Assembly: GCA_964199315.1 (NCBI GenBank)
Contig: OZ116701.1
Location: forward strand, 22,072,001 to 22,136,000
Length of the DNA: 64,000 bases
Direction of reading: 5' to 3'
From: Orbicella franksi
Taxonomy: Eukaryota
Shown here: positions 52,190-62,059 of the stretch, piece after piece
Layout: each line of letters opens with the position of its first letter
How positions within the stretch are numbered: the first letter of the stretch is position 1
The notes under the pieces: generated by a model
The model's database searches: none
Told to the model about the DNA's origin: nothing
Seen by the model: the letters and a program-made list of their open reading frames with translations, nothing else
Translations under genes and position numbers: made by a program

Positions 52190-52615
52190 ATGGCGCGCAT
52201 CGCGATTATGGTTGGTGGGGCTGTGTTGAACGCCACGACTTTTATCAGAGGCAACTATCTGGCGAGGGCGCTCGGCGGGGGCAACAAAGCTGCACTTAAA
52301 GAAAAAAAGCGCCATTACAAAGCTCTCGAGGCGTACCAAGCGGCTTACGCCAAATACACGCGCAACCGCACCCATCTTCTCGACTGGATTGCGACCAACG
52401 TGCAAATAAAGGCAGAGGCCAAGCAGAACTTCACCAACACTGACTATGCCTTCAAACTCTACAACCAGGCACATCCTGACGAACGAATGATACCCCCCAA
52501 AGAGCCCAAGTTCTCAGATTTCTATCAGCCAAGCAAGCAGCAGAAAAATGGTGAACTCATGTTCGTGGGCGCCGGGGCGCTCACTCTAGGCTACGCAGCC
52601 TTCCGGTTCCTTTAA
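52190..52615 (+). CDS. small Polinton ORF with hydrophobic ends
   Basis: Intact 141 aa: MARIAIMVGGAVLNA..ELMFVGAGALTLGYAAFRFL. Confidence 0.65.
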   Translation: MARIAIMVGGAVLNATTFIRGNYLARALGGGNKAALKEKKRHYKALEAYQAAYAKYTRNRTHLLDWIATNVQIKAEAKQNFTNTDYAFKLYNQAHPDERMIPPKEPKFSDFYQPSKQQKNGELMFVGAGALTLGYAAFRFL

Positions 52616-52645
52616 ACTTTTTTACGCCTTACTTATAGTAGCGCT

Positions 52646-53625
52646 TTGGAGGACAAACTCACAAAGATATACTGTGGCCCTGGGGGCTACTGGAAAGGTA
52701 TCGCCGCAATCAAAAAATTAGCCGAGGCCACCAAGGTACCTGAAGAAACCACAAAAAAGTGGCTGATCAGGCAAGCGCTCTGGCAGATATTTCTCCCCGC
52801 GCTGAGGTGAATTCCTCAGCTGAAATTCAACATTCCCACACCCAACGAGATCCACCAGGCAGACCTTCTTTTTCTGCCGCACCACAAACTGCACCGCGGA
52901 CGCAAAGTTTTCAAATACGGGCTGACCATTGTCGACGTGGCCAGCCGCTACAAAGAGGCCGAACCCCTGACTTCAAAAAATTCTGATGAGGTCACCCTGG
53001 CCTTTCAGAAGATTTACAAGCACGCGCCTCTCAAATGGCCTCAAATGCTGCAGGTTGACCCCGGGCACGAATTCATGGATGCTGTCACAAAAGAGATTGA
53101 AAAGACCAAAACATTTATCCAGTGCAGGCGCGTTGACATTCACCGCGACCAGGCCATTGTTGAACGTTTGAACCGCACCCTGGCTGAGCGCTTGTTCGGG
53201 CACCAGTACGCCGTGGAAATGCAACTCCCTGTGGGGCAGCGGTCCACTGCCTGGGTGAAAAGACTTCCAGAAGTTGTTTTGGCTTTGAACAACGAGGTCA
53301 CAAGCCTTATCAGCAAGAAACCCGCGGTTGCCATCAAAGAAAAGTCTGTTTATGCAAGGCCGTCGACACCTTATTCAAGGCCTGTTGGAAAAAGCGAAAA
53401 AATACTCCCCTCTCTTGTCCAAGTTCGTTATCTCTACCAGCCCGGCGAGCATGATGGTGGTGTAAAAAGAGCCACAGACCCAATATGGTCTTGAAAGTTT
53501 GCAGCATTGAAAGATCTCTTACCAAACCTGATGAACCCGTTCTCTACTATTTGCGCGACGGTCCCAAGCACAGCTTCGTGCATGAAGAACTGCTCGTTGT
53601 CCCTCCAAACACACAATTACCCAGG
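52646..53625 (+). pseudogene. Polinton retroviral-type (RVE/DDE) integrase, frameshifted
   Basis: HQADLLF, LTIVDVASRY, LQVDPGHEF, AIVERLNRTL, SFVHEELL. Confidence 0.92.
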
Positions 53626-56621
53626 GAGAAACTTTTAAACTTCAGCTTCCAACTCTCTAAGTTCATCATCTGTGAATGAAGGCAATATATCCATGTTGAT
53701 GTACCCGTAAGCTTTTGTATGGACACCATCGTCACCTATCCATCGCTTTGAATCAAACAGTGAAAGCGAAATTTTGTTTAGATGCATGCCGTAGATCTCA
53801 TGCCCCTCGCTTTGAAGAATGTTCATTCCATGCCATTGCTGCTTCGCACCAAAAAGCATTTCCTTGTACTGTTCATGCGTTATTTGTTTCTTGACAATGC
53901 TCTTTTTTACGCCGTTCGCTTTTTTGTTATTTTTTTCGTCTGCCTTCAAGATAGGGTACATTTTTGGTCTCAGACACACACTCTGCTATGGGGGTTCCAG
54001 CACATTTGTCTTTCATTTTTCCCAAGACCTTTTTGTTGGTGTTTGAGTGGAGTGGATGCTCCTTCAGGTAGTCGCTCGTATCATACAGATTTTTGCTCGT
54101 TTCAATGTCTTTGTAGACGTCGTCCATTTCAATCTCAAGCAGAAGGCTGTCGGTGTCTGTGTACAAGAGCTTGCACCTTGAGCTGTATTGTTTTTTAAGC
54201 TCGTTGTAAAAGAAGTCATACATCAGCATCTTGCTGTTGTCAAGGATCGTCATCCCCGTGTAGACCTGCTTGTTGAGAAGCAGCTTGCTTTTTCGCATGT
54301 TGATTCCAACCAGGTCGTTTGAAAAGAAAACATGCCTTGAGAACAAAGGGCTGGCAACCAGTTTCCTTATATTCTTCGTCTCATTGGTGCGCACTATTTT
54401 TATGTCAACGCGGTTACACAGGTTTTCCATGGCTTTGCCGAAAACTGAGTTGTTCATGAGCTTGTAAAAGTTCTTTTCAAAGTTGCTCTTTGCGTTTTTC
54501 CTGAATTCTGTGTTCATCCGGATGTACGGCTCCATCCAGCATTCTTGTTCAAACTCCAACACCCTGTGCACGCGCTTCAGCTTCATGCCCTTCTTCAGAT
54601 AAAACTGCAAGTTTCTGCAATGCACGACATATTTGCTTTTGTCCTCATGCGTCAGCAGCAGCTTCTTGCTGTCCGGGGGTTTCAGCTCCAGGTCTTCCAT
54701 CAACCTCTTTGGTAGGCCGACATCCATTCCTTTTTCACGGCCTTTTTCTCCGGCGCCAGGGGATAGCCATTGTGCTCCTCGTACAGTTCTGCTGGATATT
54801 CAAGATCAACCTCAAGAATCCAACCATTCTTTGCGTTTTCTTTTTTCTTTAGGATCTCCTCCTCCGTGGGCATAACACGTTTCCATTTGAAATCTCTTTT
54901 TGGGAGGGGCTTGCTCATTGCCCATCCATAAAGGTTGTTTGTGTCGAGATACATGATGTATTTTTTGGCTTGCTGGGGTCATAGTCTGGTACTTGCCGGT
55001 TGTTTGCTTTGGCGTACCTCTTGCTTACCATGGAGATTCCGCAACGCATTCCCCTTTCCACGAAGATGCATTTCAAGGTCTGTGAATAGCTCAAGCTCGA
55101 CCCCCGTCTTTTTCAAGAGCGCGTCCCAGGAGAGGCCTGGCGACGTGTAATAATGCGCCGGATCTAATCCATACTGCTCTTGGCAAAGGTTTCGGAAGTT
55201 CTCAAAAACATCCGCCAAAAGGGCGACATCCGTTTTCACGTAAAGATCGTGACAATCGCCCAGCGTTTTGCATTCAAAAGCCTCCCAGACAGTCTGCGCA
55301 TGCGCGTACTCTTCGTCTGTTATGTGCTTGTCGTTCAGCTTGCTGGAAAACTTCTCTTTGTCCGGAAGCCGTCTCACTCAATCTTTCCCATGAGTCCATG
55401 TACTCGTAAGGGTAGATCCCTTTTTTGTAAAGCAGGTTGCTGCCTTTTGAAATTGTCGATGTTATTTTCAATGACTCCTTCGGTGTTGCGCTTACAAGTG
55501 AATCAAGGCTTCCTTGCAAAAAGGAAGGAAAGGGTGTTTTTCCCCTCCTCTGGCATCTCAATCATTGTCGGCCTGCCGTTCACACCGTTGCAATATTTTT
55601 TGTGGTCCTCTAGCAAGTTAGCTTTTGTGAAATGTGACAAGCACATCAAGCAATAGTGGGTTTTGTTCAATGACTTATCAAACAACAGAGCGCTCACCCG
55701 TTTTACACAACAGTAGTGCTGTACTTCCCCTGACTCAATTAGTATCAGGTTTACCTGCCTAACGTTCTTTTCTTCTCTTCTGCCACTAACCTTGAGCGGG
55801 AACAAGTTCTTGTTTTCACAGCCAAATATGGTTATTGTGAGGTTTTTGTTTTGAGCCTCAAGCTTGTCTATCTGTTTTATCGGTGTTGGGAAATCTATGC
55901 CTTCGTAGTTAATACTGTCGTTAACCGGATATTTGCTTGTTCTTTGTGGGTCTTTCCCATCTTTTGGGGGGAATAAAGCAGCTCTGAGAGCCCACCTCAG
56001 GAATTCCTTGTCTCTGTTTTTCATGTTGATTATTGCCTTCTTATTTGCCAGCCAAGCTGGAAGAGGCAAATAGGTTCCTCCAGGAATTGGATGATAGATT
56101 TCGACATCCACGTATGCAATCGTTATTCTTTCAACTTCCCATCCTGATACCCTCTCTGACCAGTGCTCTATTTCTCCTTTTGTGTTTTCAATAAATTCGT
56201 CCAATTTTTGCTCTATCTGGGCCTTATCTGGTGTCATGAAAAGGAATGGCTGGTTGTTTTTGTCACGGAAAAAATGCTTCATGTCTTGCGTTTTTCCGTC
56301 TCTTTCTCTTGAAAACTTTACTTCTAACGCAAAACTTACTTTTGCGCTTTTTAACCTTTGGACTTCTTGTTCAGCCAAATCGGTGAACTTTTCTTTATTT
56401 TCTCTTGCGAACATCAACATATCCTTTTTGTACGGATTTCTTTCGGATACATCCATTCTCCATGTATTAAGATCTGGGTTATTGTATTGACATGTTTGGA
56501 ACCGGCCAAATACTGGGACTTTTTGTGATTCTAGTGGTTCACGTTGGTTTTCTTTTACCCTCATAGGTATTGGGCCGTAAAACATTTGCAGAACATCAGA
56601 CGAATATCTTGCCGCAGCCAT
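53547..56621 (-). pseudogene. protein-primed family B DNA polymerase (pPolB), multiply frameshifted with an internal deletion
   Basis: YLDTNNLYGWAMSKPLP, YKLMNNSVFGK, YTDTDS, LGKMKD; much of the exonuclease region appears to be missing at ~55520. Confidence 0.95.
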
Positions 56622-56932
56622 CTCGACGTATATACTGTGCAGATACTTGTTCAATAGGAAAATATTTCTGGTGCACTTTTGTATATAATCAGTGCAGGCA
56701 TTTTCGGTGTCACATCCGCGCTTTGTTTTCTTTTATGTTGTGTTGCATACACACACATAGAGACTACTGGTTCTGGACGCTGCTGCGATAAAGGGGAGGA
56801 GAACGGACAAAAATAAACCTCCCATGTTCAACTTCGTGGGTGGGTGTGTGGAAGTTGAACGGGGGAGGTTTATTTTTGTCCATTCTCCTCCCCTTTATCA
56901 CTGCTGCGCCAGAACCAGTAGTCTCTATGTGT
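56586..56932 (-). repeat. right TIR, 347 bp, including a 180-nt hairpin at 56753-56932
   Basis: Inverted copy of the left TIR. Confidence 0.95.
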
Positions 56933-56939
56933 GTTGAGC

Positions 56940-57823
56940 CCTTTCTAAGAGAAAATGATAACCTGTCTCCTGTTTGCCGTGCAAGCCTGTTGGAGATTTT
57001 TGATGATCCAGCTACTGCTAGAGACTTAGACATTGAGCTTGCTGCTATGATTGATGCGGGCAAGCACTTTGTTCAAGCAACTTATTATCTTGAGGGGGAC
57101 GGTCCCTTAGTATTTACTTGCTATGAGCATTTGTCTGCATTAGCACATGCAATAGCCATTGAATCTTATCCAAACACTGAGGCCAAAGGTCGCCAACATG
57201 CAGGTAGAAATATGGCATTGTACAACCAGTTAGTTGCTCAAGCAAAGGCATGTATCAATCCAGGCTTCCGCTTTTACCGACAGAAATTCAGTGTGCAATT
57301 CCATAATATTGTCCATGCATTTAAGGCTGCATGCTTATGCTGCCCAATACAGGTGCAAGCACTACATCCAACTGCTGCATCAGTCCAGGAACTAAAGCAA
57401 TTTAGTTTCATTACTGATGCAGAAGTTGTACAGCTTATGGAAGAGCTGCCAAACTATCTGGCCATTGCTGATGGTGCAGCCATTGAAACAGAGGAAGGCA
57501 AAGTACAGTGGTGGGCTACACATGCCGATGCCCTCCCAAATTGGTCTGCTGCAGTCAAAAAGATCTTGTTGGTGCAGCCTAGTTCAGCATCAGCTGAACG
57601 AGTGTTTAGCCTGCTGCAAAATGCATTTAGCAAGCAGCAAGAGGCAGCATTAGAGGAAACAGTGGAAACATCAGTCATGTTACGTCACAATGACAATAAG
57701 CACACGTGTATGTCAGAGAAACTTTATATATTTAATAAGAATATTAGCAAAGTTTGTTTTGTTCGAATGCAATCACGTGGTTATCGTAATAGAAAGCCAA
57801 TACAGAGAATCAGATTTTTATGA
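56940..57823 (+). pseudogene. hAT transposase, C-terminal half
   Basis: Resumes in frame at PFLREND; contains QWW..LPNW and PSSASAERVFS (hATC dimerisation domain). Confidence 0.9.
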
Positions 57824-57963
57824 TTTGGGTTGAGAGAGACTCAGTCTTACAATATTGAGGGGTCAGTATGATATAATTATGAATATAATATCTATGCAAA
57901 GTTAAATCTATTCATTAAATCTTTATTTAAGTTGTTAATCAATCTCTTACACTAAAAAATTGA

Positions 57964-58080
57964 AAGCAACTTTTGAGCAACTTTTGGATTTTGGGGCAAC
58001 TTTTGAGCAACTTATTAGAGTTTTGGAGCAACTTTTGAGCAACTTTTTGAGAAAATTGGAGCAACTTGTGGACAGCCCTA
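57964..58080. repeat. hAT subterminal repeat array plus right TIR
   Basis: Eight GCAACTT motifs, mostly GAGCAACTT, directly inside the terminus. Confidence 0.8.
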
Positions 58081-59442
58081 AAAAGAATACAGCAAATCAC
58101 ACTATTTTTCAAACTTGTGCTAATCGTTTTGTTTGTCTTTTTTTTAATTTTTTTGTGTTTGGTTTTTTATCATCCATTTTGACATATGGCCTTTGGGCAA
58201 ACATTATGTATTCCATATTGTCAATACTAGCAAGTAAGACATTGTCAGTGATTAAATTATTAACATTACACTTACAGTCTTTGATTTTGCTTTCATTTCA
58301 TCTGAGTAGTGATGAGGAATGTGATGGATAACTACATCTCTGTAGGGATGGAATTTTGGGAGGTATTTGCAAATGGTTTTGCTCACTTACACTGTCCATC
58401 TCTGCTTGAGTTGGTCCAGTGTTGGCTTGGCTGGAAGAAGATCAATCAACTGGACCTCTGTAAGTAACTTCTGTTCTTGTCTTGTCTAAATTAGGTTCAT
58501 TGACCTTGTTCAGAACAGCATACTGCTGTGTCCAATGTATGGACAGTTGCTGTGTTCTGTACATTGAATTCTGGCATTAATCATCAAATCAAGGTTGTTC
58601 CCCACCAACCTAAGATTTATAGAAACATTTACATATGACTATCTACATAATGAGAAGTTACAGAGTTGACACTCAACAGAAACCAAAAAGTTCCTTGGCT
58701 TTTCACTGACCTGTGAACAATTTTCACTAACCTTGTATTGTGAGGATAATAATAAAAAAATGAAATTTGATCATGGGCCAATATACTACTGCTCCTCCAC
58801 GTGCCACTCAAATAGTATCAAAAGCCATTTATTGATGTTTTTCTGATAGCAAATTAAATTCCACGACTTTTTACTCACTTTGACAGATTTCCCCTGACCA
58901 TCTACAAATGCCCTGACTTCTCCCCATCCTTCAAACATTGTTGTTTTCCCCCAACTTCTCCCTTGCTGTAGCAGGACCATAGCAACCGTGTTCGAGAATA
59001 CTGAAATAATTAAATTGCTTGTTTTCCTTCCTTCCTTCCTTACTATTGAAGGTAAGCTTATTAAATTTACCCACTCGTAATTTTCATTTGATATAAGGGA
59101 TAAAAACAACTAACAGCTGACATCAACAGAAAATCCTAACTGCAGGTCAAAAGTACTTTTGATTTCCATTTGATGGTAAAAATAATTATAAAGTACTCTA
59201 GGGTTTTTGGGCTATAAGACTCTATACTCTGCATTGTTAAATAAAGATATACAGTTTAGCACTTCAAACATATCATTCTTAAAATACCTCTGGCATGGAA
59301 GTTTCACTGCGACTATGTTCGCTGAAAACCATGCTGATCTTAATCCAGAGCTACCTCCCCCGGCTTCAACAGAACATTCACATGAATCTGCTGATATGGC
59401 ATTGTTGTTTGCTCTTTTGATAAATTACCTTGATAGGAAGTT

Positions 59443-59750
59443 GGGAGGCATGGTGGCCTCATGGTTAGCGCGCTGTTCCCCAAATCGAGCGGTCTGGGTT
59501 CAAGCCCTGGCTAGGAACACTGTTGTGTTCTCGGGCAAGCCACTCAACTCTCACAGTGCCTCTCTCCACCCAGGAGTATAAATGGGTACCAGAGAATTGT
59601 TGCGGAAACCTAACAAATTGCGGAGGAGTGACCTGCAATGGACTAGCATCCAATCCAGGGGGAGTTTAAATACTCCTAGCTGCTTCATGCTACAGAAACT
59701 GAGATAAGCTCCGGCAGCTATGAGCCTGTCAGCTCCAAGGCTTCACTTCT
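59443..59750 (+). mobile_element. tRNA-headed SINE
   Basis: A box tggcctcatggttagc, B box ggttcaagccc, central gcctctctccacccaggagtataaatgggtacc domain. Confidence 0.75.
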
Positions 59751-60167
59751 TTGATGTTTGTATTTCTTGATAGTTTCCTCCAAGAAGTCAACGTCCACTC
59801 ACGTTACTTTGTCTTCGTGATGGCCGACTTGTTCTTCCCTGACTTCATTCAACAGCAGACTAGCTACTTTAACTTTCTCGATCTCCTTCTTCCAATGAGA
59901 CACTTTAGCTGCACAGCTCTCGCCCATATTTCTCTGGAATTCGACAATCATATCCAGAGACATGCATACACCCAATTTGTTTAACATTCATAGATCTTCA
60001 TGCTTGATCCCGCTATGAAAGAAAACTGCAGAGATATGGTAAGGAGCAGCTGACATGGTGGGGTTTCTTGTTCTAGCAGCAATAGATGTCATCAAGGCCA
60101 CCAAATTTGTTTTCTTGATATCCAGCTCTGATGATTTTTGCACATTGCATGGGCCTTTGACACAACT

Positions 60168-60796
60168 GGCTTCAACGGGATTCAAACCCGTGACCTCCGT
60201 GATACCGGTGCGATGCTCTACCAACTGAGCTATGAAGCCACACATTGGGAGTGAGGTCAATTAACTGAGTTCATATCTTCCCGTGAGGAGTGAAATGATG
60301 TGAAGTTTATATATATATCCCATTGAAGCCCTGATTTTTTCAGGCTTCTTTCCAACTACTTAAATTGGAAAATTAACTGCAATGATCATTCTTCACTTTC
60401 ATCTACAACCGCAGTTCATATATGAATTATTTCATATAAACTTCACATCATTTCACTCCTCACGGGAAGATATGAACTCAGTTAATTGACCTCGCTCCCA
60501 ATGTGTGGCTTCATAGCTCAGTTGGTAGAGCATCGCACCGGTATCACGGAGGTCATGGGTTCGAATCCCATTGAAGCCCTGATTTTTTCAGGCTTCTTTC
60601 CAATTACTTAAATTGGAAAATTAACTGCGATGATCATTCTTCACTTTCATCTACAACCGCAGTTCATATATGAATTATTTCATATAAACTTCACATCATT
60701 TCACTCCTCATGGGAAGATACGAACTCAGTTAATTGACCTCGCTCCCAATGTGTGGCTTCATAGCTCAGTTGGTAGAGCATCGCACCGGTATCGCA

Positions 60797-60827
<31 letters not shown>

Positions 60828-60900
60828 TGATTTTTTCAGGCTTCTTCTTTCCAATTGCTTAAATTGGAAAATAAATGGCGATGATCATTCTTCACTTTCA
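60168..60900. repeat. tRNA-like 248-bp tandem array with an inverted partial copy
   Basis: 72-nt tRNA-like units at 60168-60239 (-), 60507-60578 (+) and 60755-60826 (+); period 248 bp. Confidence 0.9.
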
Positions 60901-62059
60901 GTTCATTGGTAAAGGAGGCCAAATCGTCCAGTCTCGACTTCTTTAGCACTGAATCTGTAGTATTGTTACAGTATTCTAGAAACTTCCCAGCTATGGTTAT
61001 TCTCAGAGGATCGGCAAGTTCGTCTTGCACATCCTGAATTGTGAATGCCAAATTCGTAGCTGTCTTACATCTTTTTCTGCATAGATTTGCAATCATTGAC
61101 TTCCTTTTATGATCAAATGAACTAAAGGTCTCAACCCTGGGATTTGGGTTCACAATAACGACTTTCACTTCGGTAGTGCTGCTTTTGAGTAATTCCTCCA
61201 CATTCATGTGTGAGAAAGCTATTTCGCTAGGTGTGATTTCCTCTGGCGTGATTGAAGGGATGTTATTCGCAGTCAGGCTTGGTGGAGGTAAGTCACTGAA
61301 TTTGAGTGATTTCTTTGATGCTGAGCTTTCTCTGGATGTTTTTCTCCTTTCCTTGTTTGAGGACTTCAATCTAGCAACGAAATGGTCATTGGCAATAGAC
61401 GCTTCCATCTCCTTGAATCACTAGAAACCTTGATCGCGGCTTGCTTCCTTTTCTGCAGGCTCAAGTAGATGAAGTTATAAAGTTCAGAAGTGTTTCCCAT
61501 TTTATGTGCACAGGCATGGTACACACAATTGGATGAAGTGTCTTACCTTTCTATCTGTAAACCAATTTTTGAGCTGATTTCAGACAAAGTGCCATTTTGG
61601 AATCCATCAAGTTAAAAGACATTCAAAAGATTTCGTGAGGAAATGTAAGAGGTCTTCTTCAATTCTCCATATTTGATCTTAAGCGGAACAACAACAAAGT
61701 CGACAATTATCATTAATATTTCCATCAATTCCTCCCTTGATAGGCTTTTTCGGTGTATCGCCCTTTGCTGCTATTGATATCAGGCAAACACTGCATTGGA
61801 TAGTATTGTTTTGATGCTAACAGTGGCTTTTCCCTGCGAATCCATTCTGTGCCAAATTGGAAGTTTCACATTACGATCTACACTCTGATTGGCTGGGATA
61901 ATACGATCCACAAAACATATCATCAGGTTGTCAAAAATGTAATAGAGGGTGGCAATAAATAATGTAGGTAATCTAGGCAGGCTGTTCCTTGCGGCTTCAC
62001 CGCTTCGTGCACATGCTAAAATTCAAATTGCTTAAACAACCGCCAGGCTACACAGGCTA

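Larger units (their letters stand above)
40711..56932. mobile_element. Polinton/Maverick (adintovirus-like endogenous virus), 16.2 kb, degenerate
   Basis: 347-bp TIRs, duplicated target GTTGAGC (40704-40710 and 56933-56939); pPolB, DDE integrase, packaging ATPase, and major and minor capsid genes. Confidence 0.96.
39863..58080 (+). mobile_element. hAT transposon, 5' end missing, split by the Polinton
   Basis: Transposase halves 39864-40710 and 56940-57823; right terminus ..GTGGACAGCCCTA at 58080 (TAGGG on the other strand) with GCAACTT subterminal repeats. Confidence 0.88.
32625..62059 (-). mobile_element. AcademH-like (DUF6589-type) DNA transposon, fragmented by nested insertions
   Basis: Collinear minus-strand pieces: Cys-rich N-terminus (~61500-61750), 60836-61408, MLNKLGVCMS (~59950-59990), N-LDLMI..HWTQQYAV..KV (~58500-58620), GDQLFKERAR..RLEGL..ADWHAK (39469-39810), 38421-38651, 37684-38004, DFLFNYHQAKLAFGL..DAIKAGD (33200-33400), GLPGKNIPLEL (32727-33134). 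Terminus TAGCCTGTGTAGCC.. at 62059 and a truncated inverted counterpart from 32625. Family name is from motif recall. Confidence 0.6.

Noticed and set aside
40711-56932. Prophage or bacterial contamination
   Set aside because: The gene set (pPolB, RVE integrase, A32-like ATPase, jelly-roll capsids), the TIRs and the TSD inside a eukaryotic hAT identify a Polinton.
56840-56939. Signal-peptide-like N-terminus (MGVWKLNGGGLFLSILLPF) on the 327-aa ORF
   Set aside because: It is translated hairpin/TIR sequence that happens to be in frame with the hAT C-terminal half; there is no ATG and no evidence of use.
57960-58331. 123-aa ORF with ATFEQL repeats
   Set aside because: Translation of the hAT subterminal GAGCAACTT array and AT-rich flank.
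60755-60826. Functional tRNA-Thr(GGT) gene
   Set aside because: The anticodon stem is mispaired, position 33 is C, GGT is not the usual eukaryotic Thr anticodon, and the unit is part of a tandem repeat family.
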